Below, in pieces: positions 1-9,570 of a stretch of DNA of 64,000 bases. A program made the translations under genes and the position numbers. The notes under the pieces are model-generated. The model saw only the letters and a program-made list of their open reading frames with translations, was not told the DNA's origin and ran no database searches. Every line of letters starts with the position of its first letter. Positions within the stretch are counted from its first letter, which is position 1. The stretch comes from Polyangiales bacterium (GTDB taxonomy: Bacteria; Myxococcota_A; Polyangia; Polyangiales; Polyangiaceae), in assembly GCA_038231275.1 (NCBI GenBank), contig JBBRLQ010000019.1:88803-152802 (forward strand), in the 5' to 3' direction.

Positions 1-374
1 CGTGCTTCCTCGTACGCCTCGGCGACGACGCGCACGAGCACCGCGCGCGCCTCGATCGGATCGCAGCGCGTGACGCCCTCCTCGCCGGGCGCCGTCGCCT
101 CATCGCGCCGCGCACGCCGATGGAAGTCGGCCACTTTGTGGCGCGCGATGCCATACAGCCAGCGCGAGATCTCCGTCGGCTCCACTGGCGTCGTCGTCGA
201 CGCGAGCGCGTCGCAGAGAATGGACTGGACGACGTCCTCCGCGTCGCCCGCCGGGACCCTGCGACGCACCATCGCGGCGAGGCCAATGCGCAGGCGCGGC
301 TCCGCGAGCTGCCGTCGAAGCGCGAACGAGGCGAAGGGAAGGGGCGACGGTGCGGCGCTCATCGACCAGTCCAT
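1..374 (-). CDS. ECF-type RNA polymerase sigma factor (5' part; runs off window edge)
   Basis: Absent from the ORF track because there is no stop in the window. Manual translation from ATG at 374 gives ...VRRRVPAGDAEDVVQSILCDAL...ISRWLYGIARHKVADFHRR..., matching sigma70 region 2 of ECF factors. Confidence 0.8.
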   Translation of the reverse strand, partial: MDWSMSAAPSPLPFASFALRRQLAEPRLRIGLAAMVRRRVPAGDAEDVVQSILCDALASTTTPVEPTEISRWLYGIARHKVADFHRRARRDEATAPGEEGVTRCDPIEARAVLVRVVAEAYEEA

Positions 375-417
375 CGTGCGCCGGCGCGGCGTGTGACACC
401 AGCCGGCATACGATTTT

Positions 418-1164
418 TCACGATCCTCCGCGCGCGTGGTCGTCGAGCCACGCGAAAACCTCCCCCATGTCGTCATCAGGCTCGGTGCCCAGCTCACCGT
501 GACGCGCACCCGTCAGCGAAAAAAACGCCGCGGGAACCCCTCCCTCGCGGAGGCGTCGCACACCCTCCTTCATGCTCGTCTGGGACTCCCGCGTCCCCGC
601 CATCAGCGCGGCCGCGTGAACACGCCCGAGCCGGCTCGGTAACGGCGTGACGGGGCTCGCGATGAGCACCACCCGCGTGAACGTCTCGGGATACGCCGCC
701 GCAAGCCGCTCCGCGCGCTCCGCCCCTTGCGAATAGCCGATGAGCGTGACGCCCCGCGCCTCGATGCCCGCCGCCGCGAACAACGCCTCCACCCACCGCG
801 CAATCCCGCGCACGTCCCCCGACCATCGCCGAAGCTCTCCGCCGCCGCCGCACGACACGTCCCCCTGAAGCGCAAGCACCTCCCCCCGCACCCCGGCGGC
901 GTGCTGAAAGGACTGCACATACCCGAGAGGGTGGCTGCACAATCCGGAGAGAAAGAGAAACCTCTGCGCCGTCCCGTGCTCACCACGAAGCACGAACGCA
1001 GGCAGATCTCCGGGAACCGCGATCGGCTCGAAGTGAGGATACGGAATCGGAGTCGGAGTCGGCGTCGGCATCGGAGTCGGCGTCGGCATCGGCATCGGAG
1101 TCGGAGTCGCGTCGCGGCACGCGATGAAGGCGAGGGCGACGAGGACCATTCGCAGCGGGTGCAT
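418..1164 (-). CDS. alpha/beta-hydrolase fold lipoprotein with Pro-Thr linker
   Basis: Signal peptide with lipobox-like FIAC, (PT/PM)n linker, GYSQG nucleophile elbow, C-terminal His (GARHG). Confidence 0.75.
   Translation of the reverse strand: MHPLRMVLVALAFIACRDATPTPMPMPTPTPMPTPTPTPIPYPHFEPIAVPGDLPAFVLRGEHGTAQRFLFLSGLCSHPLGYVQSFQHAAGVRGEVLALQGDVSCGGGGELRRWSGDVRGIARWVEALFAAAGIEARGVTLIGYSQGAERAERLAAAYPETFTRVVLIASPVTPLPSRLGRVHAAALMAGTRESQTSMKEGVRRLREGGVPAAFFSLTGARHGELGTEPDDDMGEVFAWLDDHARGGS
1043..1108. repeat. 11 copies of a degenerate hexamer (GGAGTC/GGCGTC/GGCATC) encoding the Pro-Thr/Met linker
   Basis: Tandem hexamers read directly. Confidence 0.85.
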
Positions 1165-1240
1165 CCTCCTTCATCGCGCGCCCCCCCCGTCGTGTGACAT
1201 CCACCGCTGCTCGCTCGAAGGCCCTCCCACGATCCCCAAA

Positions 1241-1382
1241 GCGGCTTGGCGGGCTCGCCGCTCCTTTGCCCCGTAAGGACACCACGCGCCGGCGCATCCG
1301 CTGCACTAGCCACTCACCAGCGTCGCCGGCGCGAGGGCTCACCCCCGCCAGGGGCAAAGGAGCGGCGAGCCCGCCAAGCCGC
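1241..1382. repeat. Intergenic REP/MITE-like element: perfect 32-bp inverted repeat with an inner 10-bp stem
   Basis: 1241-1272 gcggcttggcgggctcgccgctcctttgcccc is the exact reverse complement of 1351-1382; 1285-1294 pairs with 1324-1333. Confidence 0.85.
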
Positions 1383-1413
1383 GTGCGCCCCCCCCGGAGG
1401 ACCAACCTACGAA

Positions 1414-2778
1414 CTACAGCGAAACGCCCAGGTGTGCGCGCAACGCAGCGCAGGCGTCACCGATCCAGAACTCCTCGAGGTCCCGCACGCGATCCTCGCC
1501 GCCCGCCTCCGCGCCCGTCACCGCCACGCACGCCACGAGATCCCCGGATAGGACGAGCCCCGCCCGGCACGCGGTCAGCTCCGCGCCGCGCGCCCAGCCA
1601 CGCAGGCTCGTTCGGCCGCCGCGCTCGACGAACGCAGACACGTGGTAGCGAAGACTCGCGATGTGCTCGACCTCGAGCACCGGGAGGATCGCCGCCTTCA
1701 CGAGATCGATGCGCTTGCGGACGTCGGGAGGCATCGGCAGCTCCGGAGCCCCGATGCGCAGCGCCGCGAGGAACAAATCCTCGAGGTGCCCGAGGTGCGG
1801 CACCAGCGTGCACACGAAGTGCTCGCTCCGGAACCACGACAGCGCGCGCCCCGCGTGGAACGCCAGCTGAATTGCGCTCTGACCGCGCAACATGCGCCCG
1901 CCGACACGAAGCGCGGGCGGCAGCGCAGGCACGATCACCATCCCGTCGTCGCGCTCCGGCGTGAGGTAAATCGGCGGCGCGTTCATACCGAGCGTCGCCG
2001 CCGCCCACGCGATCGCGCGCGTCGCGCTCACCGTAGACGTCGCCGGATCCTGTTTCTTCGTCGGGTCGAGGCGCTCGAGGAGCTTGTCGCGGCGGAGCGC
2101 GGTCAGCCGGCCAAGGAGGACCGCCGACGCGATGACGCCGAACACCTCGCCGACGATGACGTCCTGATCGGGATGACGAAGCAGCTCCGACCAGGCTCGG
2201 GCGTCCATCGGCTGCGCGGGGCGCAGTGGCGCGCGCGGACGATGCACGTCGTAAAGCGCGCGCTCGTCGGGTCGAGCGGCGCCGCGTCGGACCAGCACGC
2301 CCGCGAGGCGGAATTTCTCGTCCAGCTCCGCGGCGGCGAAGCGCGCGTGAAGATCGAGGTTCGGATCGGCCGCGACGGGCGCCGCGGGCATGCGCGGCGG
2401 CGGGATCGACGCCTCGTCGCCCCCGAGCTCGGGGATGCTCGCTTGACGCGGTCGCCTCCGCGAGGACTCGACGAGCGCCTCCGGAGGACCGGTGTCGTCG
2501 GCGCTCGAGATCGCCGCGCGCGCCTCGTAGGCCGCGAGGAGCGCGCTCTCGAGGCGGTCGAGCCGTTTCTTGTCGAGCCCCAGCGCCGACGCCGCGAAGT
2601 CGAGGCGCTCCCGCTCCTCCACGCTGATAGGCCCGGAGCTGAGCGCGTCCGAGAATAGCTTCTCGTACTGCGCCTCGAAGTCGCCGGGCACGAAGCTCCC
2701 CGTGTCCTCGACCTTGTGGAAGGACGGGGCGACGCGGAACGGCTGCTCCGGCGGCGGCGGCAGGCTGCTCGAGCTCAC
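1414..2778 (-). CDS. hypothetical protein with a C-terminal degenerate M48-peptidase-like domain
   Basis: Likely GTG start at 2778, since the upstream part of ORF 1414..3789 is antisense to the HlyD gene. Motifs QLAFHAGRALS and AELTACRAGL resemble M48-like folds without HExxH. Confidence 0.65.
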   Translation of the reverse strand: MSSSSLPPPPEQPFRVAPSFHKVEDTGSFVPGDFEAQYEKLFSDALSSGPISVEERERLDFAASALGLDKKRLDRLESALLAAYEARAAISSADDTGPPEALVESSRRRPRQASIPELGGDEASIPPPRMPAAPVAADPNLDLHARFAAAELDEKFRLAGVLVRRGAARPDERALYDVHRPRAPLRPAQPMDARAWSELLRHPDQDVIVGEVFGVIASAVLLGRLTALRRDKLLERLDPTKKQDPATSTVSATRAIAWAAATLGMNAPPIYLTPERDDGMVIVPALPPALRVGGRMLRGQSAIQLAFHAGRALSWFRSEHFVCTLVPHLGHLEDLFLAALRIGAPELPMPPDVRKRIDLVKAAILPVLEVEHIASLRYHVSAFVERGGRTSLRGWARGAELTACRAGLVLSGDLVACVAVTGAEAGGEDRVRDLEEFWIGDACAALRAHLGVSL

Positions 2779-2868
2779 GTGGCGCGATCCTACCCTCGGA
2801 TGCGCCTGGGCGCCCTTTGCGCTCGAAAATGACTGGTCGGAGCGGAAAGTTCCACTATTATCAGTCGT

Positions 2869-3825
2869 ATGATAAAAAACATCCTCGTGGTCGCCGCGAT
2901 GGGGCTCGCGGCGACGTCGTGCCAGGCGCAGAGCCCGCCGCTCGAGGGTTTCCAAGGCACCGTCGAGCTCGACGAGCGCCTCCTCGCGTTCGAGGTCGCG
3001 GGGCGCGTCGTCGCGGTGCCGGTCCACCGCGGCGATGTCGTCAAGGACGGGGACCTGCTCGCGCAGGTCGACGACACCTTGGCGCGCCTCACCCGCGACG
3101 CGCGCGCCGACGACGCGAACGCCGCGCGCGCAGATCTGGCGCTCCTCCAGGCAGGCGCGCGGACGCAGGACGTCGCAGCCCTCGCGTCCGACGTGCGCGC
3201 CGCCCGCGCGACCGAGGAGCTGCTGAAGAAGGAGGCCGCGCGCACGCAGGCGCTCCAGCAGTCCGGCGCGCTGCCGCAGGCTCAGGCCGATCGCGCCGAC
3301 TCCGATCTGGACCGCGCCGCGCAGCAGCGAAAGGCGCTCGAGCAACGCCTCGCGTCGCTCCAGTCCGGCGCGCGCCCCGAGGAGATCACGCGTGCAAAAG
3401 CGCGCGTCGAGTCCGCGGTTACCGCGCTCGCCTTCGAGGACGAGCGCCTCACGCGCTGCCTCCTTCGTACGAAAGGGGCGGGCACCGTCCTCGACGTGCA
3501 CGTCGAGCCAGGCGAGCTGGCGGCGATCGGCACCCCTGCGGTCACCGTCGCCGACGTCGCGCATCCGTTCGTCGACGTGTACGTCGCGCAGGGGGAGCTC
3601 GACGGCGTTAAGGTCGGCGCCAAGGTCAGCGCGCGCGTCGACGCGACGACGACGGCCTTCCCGGGCGCGGTCGAGTTCGTCTCTCCGAGGACGGAGTTCA
3701 CGCCCCGCTTCCTCTTCAGCGAGCGAGAGCGCCCGCACCTCGTCGTCCGCGTCCGCGTGCGTCTCGAGGATCCCGAGGGCAAGCTCCACGCGGGCGTCCC
3801 CGCGTTCGTACGGCTCGTCCGATGA
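2869..3825 (+). CDS. HlyD-family periplasmic adaptor subunit (YbhG-like)
   Basis: Signal/lipobox (ATSC), lipoyl-like halves (VAGRVVAVPVHRGDVVKDGDLL), coiled coil, EFTPR motif; first gene of ABC operon. Confidence 0.9.
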   Translation: MIKNILVVAAMGLAATSCQAQSPPLEGFQGTVELDERLLAFEVAGRVVAVPVHRGDVVKDGDLLAQVDDTLARLTRDARADDANAARADLALLQAGARTQDVAALASDVRAARATEELLKKEAARTQALQQSGALPQAQADRADSDLDRAAQQRKALEQRLASLQSGARPEEITRAKARVESAVTALAFEDERLTRCLLRTKGAGTVLDVHVEPGELAAIGTPAVTVADVAHPFVDVYVAQGELDGVKVGAKVSARVDATTTAFPGAVEFVSPRTEFTPRFLFSERERPHLVVRVRVRLEDPEGKLHAGVPAFVRLVR

Positions 3826-4802
3826 ACGACGTCCCCGAGCACATCATCGAGGCCGAGCACCTCTCGCGCACGTTCGGCAACCTCGTCGCCGTGAAGGACG
3901 TCTCGCTCTCCGTGAAGCGCGGCGAAATTTTCGGCGTCCTCGGCCCCAACGGCGCCGGCAAATCCACGACGATCCGCATGCTCTGCGGCATCCTCGATCC
4001 GAGCGGCGGAAAGGGGACCGTCGTGGGCTTCGACATCGCCAAGGACGCCGAGCGCATCAAGGAGCGCATCGGCTACATGACCCAGCGCTTCAGCTTGTAC
4101 GAGGATCTCACCGTTTCGGAGAACCTCACGTTCTACGCAGGAATTTACGGGGTCCCGCGCGGCGAGAAGAAGGCGCGCGTCACGGGCGTGATGGATCGCG
4201 CGGGCCTCCTCGGTCGCAAAGATCAGCTCGCCGGCACGCTGTCCGGCGGATGGAAGCAGCGCGTGGCGCTGGCGTGCTCGACGATCCATCGCCCGCCGCT
4301 CCTCTTCCTCGACGAGCCCACCGCCGGCGTCGATCCGGTGAGCCGTCGCGATTTTTGGGAGCAGATCCACCGCATCGCGTCCGAGGGGACGACGGCGCTC
4401 CTGACGACGCATTACATGGACGAAGCCGAGCGCTGCCACCGTCTCGCGTTCATCTTCCGCGGTGAGCTCCTCGACGTCGGCACGCCCGACGAGATCGTCG
4501 CGCGCCGAACGCTCCGTGTGGCCGAGCTCGACGTGGAGCGCGCCACCGACGCAGCGGCCGCGCTGCGCAAGAACCCCGCGGTCGAGGAGGTCGCGCACTA
4601 CGGGCACCTCCTCCGCATGTCTGTCCGAGCCGGCGCCGATCCGGTCGCGCTTGCGCACGCGGATCTCTCGACGGCCGGCATCGCGGTCCGCTCCGCGCGC
4701 GAGACACGGGTAACCGTCGAGGACGCCTTCGTGGCGATGGTCCGCGCTGACGACGCGGCGCAGGCCGCCCAGGCGACGAACGAGAAAGGAGCGCGCGCGT
4801 GA
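3822..4802 (+). CDS. ABC transporter ATP-binding protein (YbhF-like)
   Basis: Walker A GPNGAGKST, signature LSGGW, Walker B LLFLDEPT, H-loop TTHY; ATGA overlap. Confidence 0.95.
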   Translation: MNDVPEHIIEAEHLSRTFGNLVAVKDVSLSVKRGEIFGVLGPNGAGKSTTIRMLCGILDPSGGKGTVVGFDIAKDAERIKERIGYMTQRFSLYEDLTVSENLTFYAGIYGVPRGEKKARVTGVMDRAGLLGRKDQLAGTLSGGWKQRVALACSTIHRPPLLFLDEPTAGVDPVSRRDFWEQIHRIASEGTTALLTTHYMDEAERCHRLAFIFRGELLDVGTPDEIVARRTLRVAELDVERATDAAAALRKNPAVEEVAHYGHLLRMSVRAGADPVALAHADLSTAGIAVRSARETRVTVEDAFVAMVRADDAAQAAQATNEKGARA

Positions 4803-5926
4803 AGCTCCGCCCGCTCGTCATCGCGTGGAAGGAGCTGGTCCAGCTCCGCCGCGATCGCCTCACGCTGGCGATGATGGTCGCGCTGCCGATCGTGCAGCTC
4901 CTCCTCTTCGGCTACGCGATCAACACGGATGTGCGTCACATCCGCACGGTGGTCTACGATCAGGACTCGAGCGCGGCGTCGCGCGCGTTGCCGCGTGAGC
5001 TCGAGGCGACGGGCTTCTTCGACGTCGTCGGCCACGTCCGCAGCCACGCCGAGATCGAGTCGGTCCTGCGCTCCGGCCGCGCCAGCGTCGCGCTCGTCGT
5101 GCCGCCGGACTATTCATCCGACCTCGCGAGCGGCCGCACCGCGCAGGTGCAGCTCGTCGTCGACGGCACCGATCCGCAGATCGTCGGCAGCGCCACCGAC
5201 ACCGCGTCGTCGCTGGTCGCCGCGAAGGGAAGCGCGCTGCTGCTCGCGCGCCTCTCGCGTTCCGGGGTCCCCGGCGCCTCCACGCCGATCGAGCTCGTCC
5301 CCGACATCCTCTACAACCCCGATCTGCGCTCGGCGGTGAACATCGTGCCGGGCCTCATCGGCGTCATCCTCACGATGACGATGGTCATGCTGACCGCGAT
5401 GGCGATCGCCCGCGAGCGCGAGCGAGGCACGCTCGAGCAGCTCATCGTCTCGCCGGTCCGGACCATCGAGCTCATGATCGGCAAGATCCTCCCTTACGTC
5501 GCCATCGGCTACATGCAGATGGCGCTCATCCTCACGCTCGGCCATTTCGTGTTCGACGTCCCGATCACGGGCTCCATCGGCCTACTCTTCGCGCTCGCGT
5601 TCGTGTTCATCGCCGCGAACCTCGCGATCGGCCTATTTTTCTCGACCCTCGCGCAGACGCAGCAGCAGGCGATGCAGATGTCGTTCTTCTTCCTCCTGCC
5701 CAACATCCTCCTCAGCGGCTTCATGTTCCCCTTCGACGCGATGCCGCGCCCGGCGCAGTGGATGTCGTCGGCGCTGCCGCTCACGCACTTTCTCCGCATC
5801 GTCCGCGGCATCGTACTGAAGGGGAGCCACTTCGAGGATCTGCGCGGCGAGCTCGCGTGGCTCACGGGCATCCTCGTCGCCCTCGTGTTCTTCGCGTCGC
5901 TCCGGTTCCGAAAGAAGCTGGTCTAG
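4799..5926 (+). CDS. ABC-2 type transporter permease (YbhR/S-like)
   Basis: Multiple TM segments, RERERGTLEQL and LLSGFMFP motifs; GTGA overlap. Confidence 0.92.
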   Translation: MKLRPLVIAWKELVQLRRDRLTLAMMVALPIVQLLLFGYAINTDVRHIRTVVYDQDSSAASRALPRELEATGFFDVVGHVRSHAEIESVLRSGRASVALVVPPDYSSDLASGRTAQVQLVVDGTDPQIVGSATDTASSLVAAKGSALLLARLSRSGVPGASTPIELVPDILYNPDLRSAVNIVPGLIGVILTMTMVMLTAMAIARERERGTLEQLIVSPVRTIELMIGKILPYVAIGYMQMALILTLGHFVFDVPITGSIGLLFALAFVFIAANLAIGLFFSTLAQTQQQAMQMSFFFLLPNILLSGFMFPFDAMPRPAQWMSSALPLTHFLRIVRGIVLKGSHFEDLRGELAWLTGILVALVFFASLRFRKKLV

Positions 5927-5929
5927 ATC

Positions 5930-6580
5930 ATGGGGAGACCTCGCACCGACATCCAGCCGCGCGTCCTCGCCGCCGCGCGCGCGCGCTTCCTCGCGGAGGG
6001 GGTCGATGGCGCGTCGCTCCGCCGCATCGCCAAAGACGCAAAGACGAGCATCGGCATGGTCTTTTATTACTTCCCGACGAAGGACGACCTCTTCCAGGCC
6101 GTCGTCGAGGAGATCTACGCCGGCCTCGTTCGCGATCTCGAGGCGTGCCTCGCGCCGGGGCCCGACACGCGCGCGCGCCTCGAGCGGGCGTCGGCGCGCA
6201 TCGGGAACGCCAGCCGCGAGGAGCTCGACGTGGTGCGCCTCATCGTGCACGAGGCGCTCCTCGGATCGTCCCGCTTCGAGCACATTTTCCTCCGGTTCCA
6301 GCGCGGGCACATCGCGCTCATGGCCAGCGCGCTCGGCGACGGTGTGCGTTCCGGTGAGATCGACGCCGCGCTGCCGTTGCCGCTCCTCCTGGTGTCGACG
6401 CTCGGCCTCCTCGCGCTCCCCCAAGTCGTGAGGCGCATCGCCGGCGCGCGACCCATCTTCTCGTCGCTCCCCGATGCGGAGACCCTGGCGCACACGCTCA
6501 GCGGCCTGCTCTTTTCCGGGATCGGCGCGGTCGGGAAGCCGAAGGAGCCGAAGCGCGCCCGTCGCGATCGACGCGGCTAG
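5930..6580 (+). CDS. TetR/AcrR family transcriptional regulator
   Basis: N-terminal HTH (ARARFLAEGVDGASLRRIAKDA...FYYFPTKDDL). Confidence 0.92.
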   Translation: MGRPRTDIQPRVLAAARARFLAEGVDGASLRRIAKDAKTSIGMVFYYFPTKDDLFQAVVEEIYAGLVRDLEACLAPGPDTRARLERASARIGNASREELDVVRLIVHEALLGSSRFEHIFLRFQRGHIALMASALGDGVRSGEIDAALPLPLLLVSTLGLLALPQVVRRIAGARPIFSSLPDAETLAHTLSGLLFSGIGAVGKPKEPKRARRDRRG

Positions 6581-6633
6581 GTCAGGACGAGGCAGCCACG
6601 AACCTGCGCGCGACGGGGTCCGCTGCTATCCTC

Positions 6634-8115
6634 GTGGCGCCGATGGCGTCCCCCGACCCCGAACCCACCCTCGTCGCCGGCGACACGCTCGCCGGACGCT
6701 ACCGCCTCGTGCGGCTGCTGGGCGAAGGCGGCATGGGCTACGTGTGGGAGGCGCGCCAGCTCACGACCGACAAAGCGGTCGCCATCAAAGTGCTCAAGAG
6801 CCAGGAAGGCGCGGACACCGCTCGCTTCCTGCGCGAGGCGAAGGTCGCCGCGGGTCTGTCGCATCGCAACATCATCCAGGTCTTCGATTTCTGGGAGGTC
6901 GAGGGCAAGGGCCCCGTCTTCATGGTGATGGAGCTGCTGCACGGCGAGACGTTGGCGGAGCTCCTCGAGCGCGTCGGAAGGCTCGCGCAAGAGCACGTGC
7001 TCACGCTGGTCCTCCCCGTGGCGTCGGCGGTGCGCGCCGCGAACGCGCGCGGCGTCGTGCACCGCGATCTGAAGCCCGACAACGTGTTCCTCGCGCGCGT
7101 CGCCGACGTCGATACGCCCGAGGTGAAGGTCGTCGACTTCGGTCTCGCCAAGCCGTTCGTCAACAGCGGCGCGACCGCCCTCACGCAAACCGGCTCGGTG
7201 ATGGGGACGCCGTATTACATGGCGCCGGAGCAGGTGTACGGCGAGAAGGACATCGACGGTCAGGCCGACGTGTGGGCCCTCGGCGTGATGCTCTACGAGT
7301 GCCTTACCGGCACGAAGCCGTTCGAAGGGGAGAATTTCGGCCAGATCTTCCGCCGCGTCACGCACGTGCAGTACGCGCCGCTCCGCGGTCTCGCGCCCGA
7401 CGTGTCGCCGGCGCTCGAGGCGCTCGTCGTCCGAGCGCTCAGCCACGATCCTCAGAAGCGGCCGACGATGTCCGAGCTCTACGACACGCTCCTCTCCTTG
7501 CGCGGGAGCGAGTCGGCGATCGCCGTGACGCCGCCTCCAGGTGGGCCGCCTCCTCCTCGAAGCACGTCGCAGCCGGCGCCGAGCGAGCTCGCGCCGGGAC
7601 CTCCGCGCGATCGGTCGCCGTTCTTCTCGCCGCCCGCCGGGTTGACGCCCTCCGCGCCTCCGCCGGCCGCCGCGGTCTCTAGTCCTCCGGCGCGAACCAT
7701 CGTGAGCTCCACGATATCGGTGGCGACGCCGCCGTCGCGCCCGCCGTCGTCGATCGCGGTGGGCGTCGCCGTCGGCCTCCTCTTGACGGTCGGCGTCGGC
7801 GTCGGCCTCACCGCTGCGCTTCGCACGACGACCCCGAAGAAGTCGTCGGTCGATCTCGGCGCGCTCGCCGTACCCTCCGCGCCCGTCGATCCGCCTCCGC
7901 CAACGGTGCCTCCGCTCCCCGATCCTCCGCCGACCGCGCTCGCCGATCCCCCGCCGGATCCGACACCTGCCGTCGCGGCGAGCGCGCCGGCCGATCCGCC
8001 GCGCACCGACCCGCGCCCGCGTGGGAAGCCGAAGCCCGTTCGTCCCGCGGGGACGACCGCACCTCCGGGGCCCTCCGCCGCGCCGTCGGACCTGCTTAAT
8101 CGCGGGCGATTTTGA
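6634..8115 (+). CDS. Hanks-type Ser/Thr protein kinase with TM helix and Pro-rich tail
   Basis: GEGGMG, VAIK, HRDLKPDN, DFG and APE motifs; start may be ATG 6643. Confidence 0.95.
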   Translation: MAPMASPDPEPTLVAGDTLAGRYRLVRLLGEGGMGYVWEARQLTTDKAVAIKVLKSQEGADTARFLREAKVAAGLSHRNIIQVFDFWEVEGKGPVFMVMELLHGETLAELLERVGRLAQEHVLTLVLPVASAVRAANARGVVHRDLKPDNVFLARVADVDTPEVKVVDFGLAKPFVNSGATALTQTGSVMGTPYYMAPEQVYGEKDIDGQADVWALGVMLYECLTGTKPFEGENFGQIFRRVTHVQYAPLRGLAPDVSPALEALVVRALSHDPQKRPTMSELYDTLLSLRGSESAIAVTPPPGGPPPPRSTSQPAPSELAPGPPRDRSPFFSPPAGLTPSAPPPAAAVSSPPARTIVSSTISVATPPSRPPSSIAVGVAVGLLLTVGVGVGLTAALRTTTPKKSSVDLGALAVPSAPVDPPPPTVPPLPDPPPTALADPPPDPTPAVAASAPADPPRTDPRPRGKPKPVRPAGTTAPPGPSAAPSDLLNRGRF

Positions 8116-8232
8116 CGGAGTAGCGCCCCTCGACCCGTCGAGTGTCCATGTGGGTGAAAGTCGCCTTGAAACCTACCTAACTTCGGTCATGCTCAGCGAA
8201 CGGCGAACGCCCTGAGCGTACGTCCGGATGCC

Positions 8233-9570
8233 ATGAACGAAGGACCGACCGAAAAACTGAAGAGCCTGGTGCCGACGCTCCAGCAAGGTCCGGTGCCGAC
8301 GCTCCAGCAAGGTCCGCCGCCGCACGCGGTCGATCCGTCCATGACCCGGCCGAGCACGCCGATGCCTTCGTCGCTGGTGCCGGCGGCGAGCAGGGTGGCG
8401 GCAGACCGAGCCGACGCGGCGCCGACCGTGGTGATGCCCTCGCCGGACGCGACCGTGCGTATGACTGCGAACGACCTGAGCGGCTTCGCGAGCACGCAGG
8501 CCGCGACGCCGGTTTCGCTTCCTGCGGCGCCGGCGCCTCCGCGAAAGACCATGCAGCTCTCGATCGAGGAGCTGCTCGCGCTCTTCCGTCCGCCGCCGCG
8601 CGCCGCGACCGTGGCGAAAGCGGGCGCCGCCACTCCCGCGTCGTTGCCGTCGCGCGGCGCACGCCCGCGGCAGCTCCTCATCGGCGGCGTCGTCGCGGCG
8701 CTCGCGCTCGGAGGGTTGTCGTATGGCGGGACGCACGCGCTCCTCGTGAAGAACCAGCGATGGGTCGCGCCGACGGTCCTGTCGAAGACCGATCCGCGCG
8801 TTCTTCAGCTCGCGGCGATGTTGCAGCAGGAGACCACGCGCAAGAGCGAGCTGGCGCTGCGCAAGAAGGAGCTCGAGGCGCGCGCGCGTCAGGCGTCGCA
8901 GTGGCGTGAGCTTGAGATGGGATTTCAAGCGAGCTTCATGGCCGCGCTCAAGAACGATCTCGATGGGCAGCGCGCCGAGCTGCGCCGCGTGCAGAAGCTC
9001 GTGGCCGATCGCGAAGCGGCGGACGCGGCGGCCGGAGTGCCTGCCGATCACGCCGAGCTCGACGCGAGGGTCGCGTCCGTGAAATTACGGGTTCGGTTGC
9101 TGGAAGGTGCATTGCGCGGCGGCCGGCCAGGGACTTACGAAGCGCTCGCGCTCCGCCGCGAATACGATCGCTCGGTGCTCGAGGCCGGCAAAGTGCGCGA
9201 GCTGGAAGAGACGCTCACCAAGAGCCTCGCCGACGTCGATGATCAGCTTAAGAAGAAGGACGCACTGCTCGCGACGATCGACGCTTCGCCGTACCGCCTC
9301 GCGATCGATCAGGACGTGACGCTCGGCTTCGTGCCGTACGAGAACGCCGCCGCCGCGAAGAGCGGAGAGGCCCTGATCGCGTGCAGGACGAGCCTCCTCT
9401 TTTGTGATCGCGTCGGCGAAGTGGGCGAAGGGCTCGCCGGCGAGGTTCGCGGTCTCCATCCGGTCACGGGTCTCGAGGTGCGCGGCCAGCTCGTGCGCCT
9501 GACGCTGCCCGCGGGCCGCTCCGTCCCGGACTCGGTCCTCTACGCCGGCCAGCCGCCTCTCTCGCTGTAA
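8233..9570 (+). CDS. hypothetical single-pass membrane protein with long coiled coil
   Basis: Pro-rich N-terminus, TM (LLIGGVVAALALGGL), heptad-rich middle, beta-rich C-terminus with Cys pair. Confidence 0.7.
   Translation: MNEGPTEKLKSLVPTLQQGPVPTLQQGPPPHAVDPSMTRPSTPMPSSLVPAASRVAADRADAAPTVVMPSPDATVRMTANDLSGFASTQAATPVSLPAAPAPPRKTMQLSIEELLALFRPPPRAATVAKAGAATPASLPSRGARPRQLLIGGVVAALALGGLSYGGTHALLVKNQRWVAPTVLSKTDPRVLQLAAMLQQETTRKSELALRKKELEARARQASQWRELEMGFQASFMAALKNDLDGQRAELRRVQKLVADREAADAAAGVPADHAELDARVASVKLRVRLLEGALRGGRPGTYEALALRREYDRSVLEAGKVRELEETLTKSLADVDDQLKKKDALLATIDASPYRLAIDQDVTLGFVPYENAAAAKSGEALIACRTSLLFCDRVGEVGEGLAGEVRGLHPVTGLEVRGQLVRLTLPAGRSVPDSVLYAGQPPLSL
8268..8315 (+). repeat. perfect 24-bp tandem duplication (VPTLQQGP x2)
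   Basis: ggtgccgacgctccagcaaggtcc occurs twice in tandem. Confidence 0.85.

Noticed and set aside
1043..1108. Tandem repeats as a possible CRISPR array (also 61107-61160)
   Set aside because: Hexamer units without spacers; no cas genes in the window
2779..3789. N-terminal extension of ORF 1414..3789
   Set aside because: Lies antisense to the HlyD gene; not part of the real protein
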